Positions 61,169 through 64,000 of a DNA stretch of 64,000 bases are shown piece by piece. The stretch's first letter is position 1. Each line of letters starts with the position of its first letter. This stretch comes from Chiloscyllium plagiosum (Eukaryota). The notes below the pieces were generated by a model that was not told where the DNA came from, made no database searches, and saw nothing but the letters and a program-made list of their open reading frames with translations. The stretch covers positions 47,823,803 to 47,887,802 of the forward strand of contig NC_057718.1 in NCBI RefSeq assembly GCF_004010195.1, in the 5' to 3' direction. The translations under genes and the position numbers were made by a program.

Positions 61169-61799
61169 GTATGTACATATTCTACTGTATCCTTCAATCA
61201 GCCACTCCGTAAGAATGTGACTAGATGATCAGTTAGATTGATTCGGAGAAACAACGTACCTAAATTGATTTCAGAAAGCCAAACTAGCAGCAGAAGTTAG
61301 TTGACTGCCATCCAGATCCTTTCCATTACACCAGTTAACTGGTCTGTGATGTTTACATTCTTGATGGTATCAATGGTACTTTGTAAACTGTTGCAGTGCA
61401 GTTAAGTTCATGGTCAGTAAGGTCCAATAGTGACCGTATTCAGGACAAAGTATTTGTTTATCAGCATAGTGTGAAAGTTTTCCCACTTTCACTTTGTATT
61501 TTGTTGAGTGAGTTTCAGGGTACCAGGTCTGCCAGGCTCAGAGTGACTTTTCTTGTGCAGTCTTCTACTCTTCATTAATTATGCATTCGGGCTGTTTAGA
61601 ACCAGGAAATTGTGTCGCCAGAGAAATGGCGCCACTACTGAATTCTTCCAGCTTTCACACCTCGAGCACTGTTTTTGAGAGCTCAGCTACGCGCTATTTC
61701 AGATGCGTCAAGCCAGAGGGAAAAACCCAAAGAACTACAGTTGCAAGTCAGGAGCTGACCCTCATATTGTGCTGCTCAAGCAGCAACACTTAAAACATT

Positions 61800-63150
61800 G
61801 ACCAGATGGTAGGAATTGATGCGGTAGTGGAGAGGAAGGCAGTCCTTTTCCAGCCAACTGTTGCAGTACGCCACACCACCAAACCCAACCAGCTTGGACA
61901 CAACTTGCAGTCCAGGTCAGTGCACAGTCCCGAGTGAGAGGGGGCACTCAGCATTCAGGGAATGTGTGACGTTGTGCTTCTACAAGGGTGCTACCATCTT
62001 CTCTCTGCGCCTTACATTTACATTCAAGGATGCTCATTCTAAATCTGACATTGCATATTCAGCCCACCACGTCTCATGCACGAAAGCTCTTGGTATTGCA
62101 TTGCATCCTATCCGCTTATTGGCTCTCACCCACCTCATCCTCCCAAACTAACCCTTTTTGCACTCTGTGCTTCCCATCACTTCAATGAGGCCACCTTGCT
62201 GCCTATCCTGTGTATGTATCAGTATTACCTAATTTTCTGTCATATGTAATTTCTCCCTTTGCCTCATTACAGGAAACAGTGGTCTTTAACCAGACAGAGA
62301 ATCCAAAATCAATGGGGAGGCAGGTGGCAGACATCAAACTCATTCCTCTTGTATGAAGTAAATCTAGATTTGACTGGAGAAGATAATGATTGCTCATGTG
62401 GGGGGTGAAGAGACCTCTAGTGGGCAGCAAACCAGTAAGCTTCATTGTGCTGTGCTGTTCTCCTATTATGATCCGTGCTAATTCTTACTCAATGTGCACA
62501 ATTTCTTGTCTATCTTTGACAACTACTTTCCTCTTCTATATGCAGGCAGTAGTGGCACTCAGTGAATGTTTGCAAACACCCACAGCTGCACGTCGATCTC
62601 TGAAGGGAAGGTACTGCCCCTCGGATAGCATTGGTAAAACTTTCACCTGCACCTCCAGCAGCTCAGAGATTTTCACATTAGTAGCTTCTCTTTCTAGTTT
62701 GGACTCCAGAGTGAGTGGTGGTGAGTCTGGTGATTCCATCGCTGACATGTTTCTGCAGCTGGTTGAGGAAAGAAAGCCCTAAGTCTGTGATTCTCTGAGG
62801 AATGCCGCTTTGCTCCTGGCAAACTAAGACCCTGTTCTCAGCCATTAATTACTTTGTCAGTCTGCATAGACAAGCTAAGGAAAATCAGGCACATTTGTCA
62901 GGGGCCTGCAGAAAGCCAAGCCAAAGGATGGAGGAGTCCATTGATTTTATCGATACTGTGCTGGCTTAGGGATGTCTGCATCTAGCTAACTCTGTGGACT
63001 GGTGACCACCATGGAGACATAGGTCCGGTACTCCTGTGGTCTGCTAGACTTGTGCACAGACATGCTTGATATCATTGGCAAGGCAAGAAGGAGATGAAGG
63101 ACCTTGTCCTTACTCCTGCCACTCTGGGAGACCGGGTGCAAAGAGGCATT
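61800..63150 (+). pseudogene. Decayed multi-exon Myb/SANT-like gene, probably the DNA-binding ORF of a PIF/Harbinger transposon
   Basis: Frameshifted DAVVERKAVLF / PHHQTQPAWTQLAVQVSAQSRVRGGTQ; relic splice sites at 62273, 62434 and 62546; stops throughout. Confidence 0.5.
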
Positions 63151-64000
63151 TAGAGAGAGGAGGAGTGGCATAGAGGTACTACCACCCCCCCCCAAAAAAA
63201 AAGTAGCAGCTTCTTTGGATGATGCAGCAATGCCCAGCTCCTCTACCTTGCTCTTTCTTGTGATTCCCAAGCTTCCAGTTGTTCAAGCTGAATGCAGGAG
63301 AATGAGCCTGCACTCGGAGCAAGATACTTTCACCAAAGTTAGATAGCATGGGTGAAATATCACTGTCAATAAATGTTCACTTTTGTAAACATATACTGTT
63401 ATAGTGTCTTCTGTGTATAATTTTTGTTGTCGGACCTGGTAAGTCAAACCTGTGTGGGAGATTAACAGCCCCTTCACACAAGGATGAAAGGAATTACAAT
63501 TATCAAGCTTTGTTCATCTCTCACAAGCAATAGGCTTTTTGACTGCATATGGCCTTAAGGCATTAGATATTCTTGAAAGTCACTGAGGACTGCTGCCAAG
63601 GTGCTATGCTTTAATGCAGAAAACAATGAAGATAAACACAATTTGCAGGAAGTGTGCTGGGCCTGGCTTGCATATGTTATTCCACATTAAGACTCACCCT
63701 ATGAGTGAAAATACAGAATCTTTCTGGAGAGAAAGATTTATGCTAAGTATCAGCTGTTCAAGGAAAAGCGTATACTACCATTCAAGGATGCCAGGTGTGC
63801 AAGTCCACTTTCAGCACTTGGTATGCTGGGAAAAGCTGTACAGCCTGCTGCCTCTTGCAGGTTGAGTGCACTTTGAGAGGATGCACAATCATTTTGGAAC
63901 GACAGGCCCTCTGTGTGCACTCTGAACAATAAAATGTCATCCATGATGAAAGGAGGTTGGTATCAGCTCGCTATTAGGAGAGATTTTGCTACACAGCAGC

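Noticed and set aside
62411..62428. Second CTCF-like motif GACCTCTAGTGGGCAG
   Set aside because: Poorer flanks, no upstream module, and it lies inside the putative transposon relic.
61169..64000. INTS7 exon 15
   Set aside because: I found no segment encoding the expected MKQSMEEF-like peptide; it probably lies beyond the window.

Overview
Eukaryotic genomic DNA, almost certainly from a cartilaginous fish; this is inferred from the HE1-type SINEs, abundant CR1/HER1-type LINEs and Deu-type SINEs. Two genes face away from a compact CpG-rich bidirectional promoter, with only 194 bp between their ATGs. DTL (CDT2) is on the minus strand: coding exons 1-12 at 15599->1202, 374 codons, continuing off the left edge. 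INTS7 is on the plus strand: coding exons 1-14 at 15794->61168, 669 codons, continuing off the right edge. I spliced all exons by hand; they have GT-AG boundaries and consistent phases. The introns are filled with CR1 fragments, SINEs, MITEs and many Penelope-like element (PLE) derivatives. Main leads: (1) a dispersed set of minimal hammerhead-ribozyme motifs on PLE termini, several on short fold-back inserts with 12-15 bp target duplications; copies on the host sense strand all carry lesions while three antisense copies keep intact cores. (2) Two consecutive 3n, stop-free DTL introns. (3) A U12-type donor in frame 18 nt behind INTS7 exon 14. (4) A candidate INTS7 poison exon. (5) A decayed intron-containing Myb/SANT (Harbinger-type) gene. 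(6) A CTCF site with its upstream module. Gene and repeat identities come from recall of the families, not from database searches.
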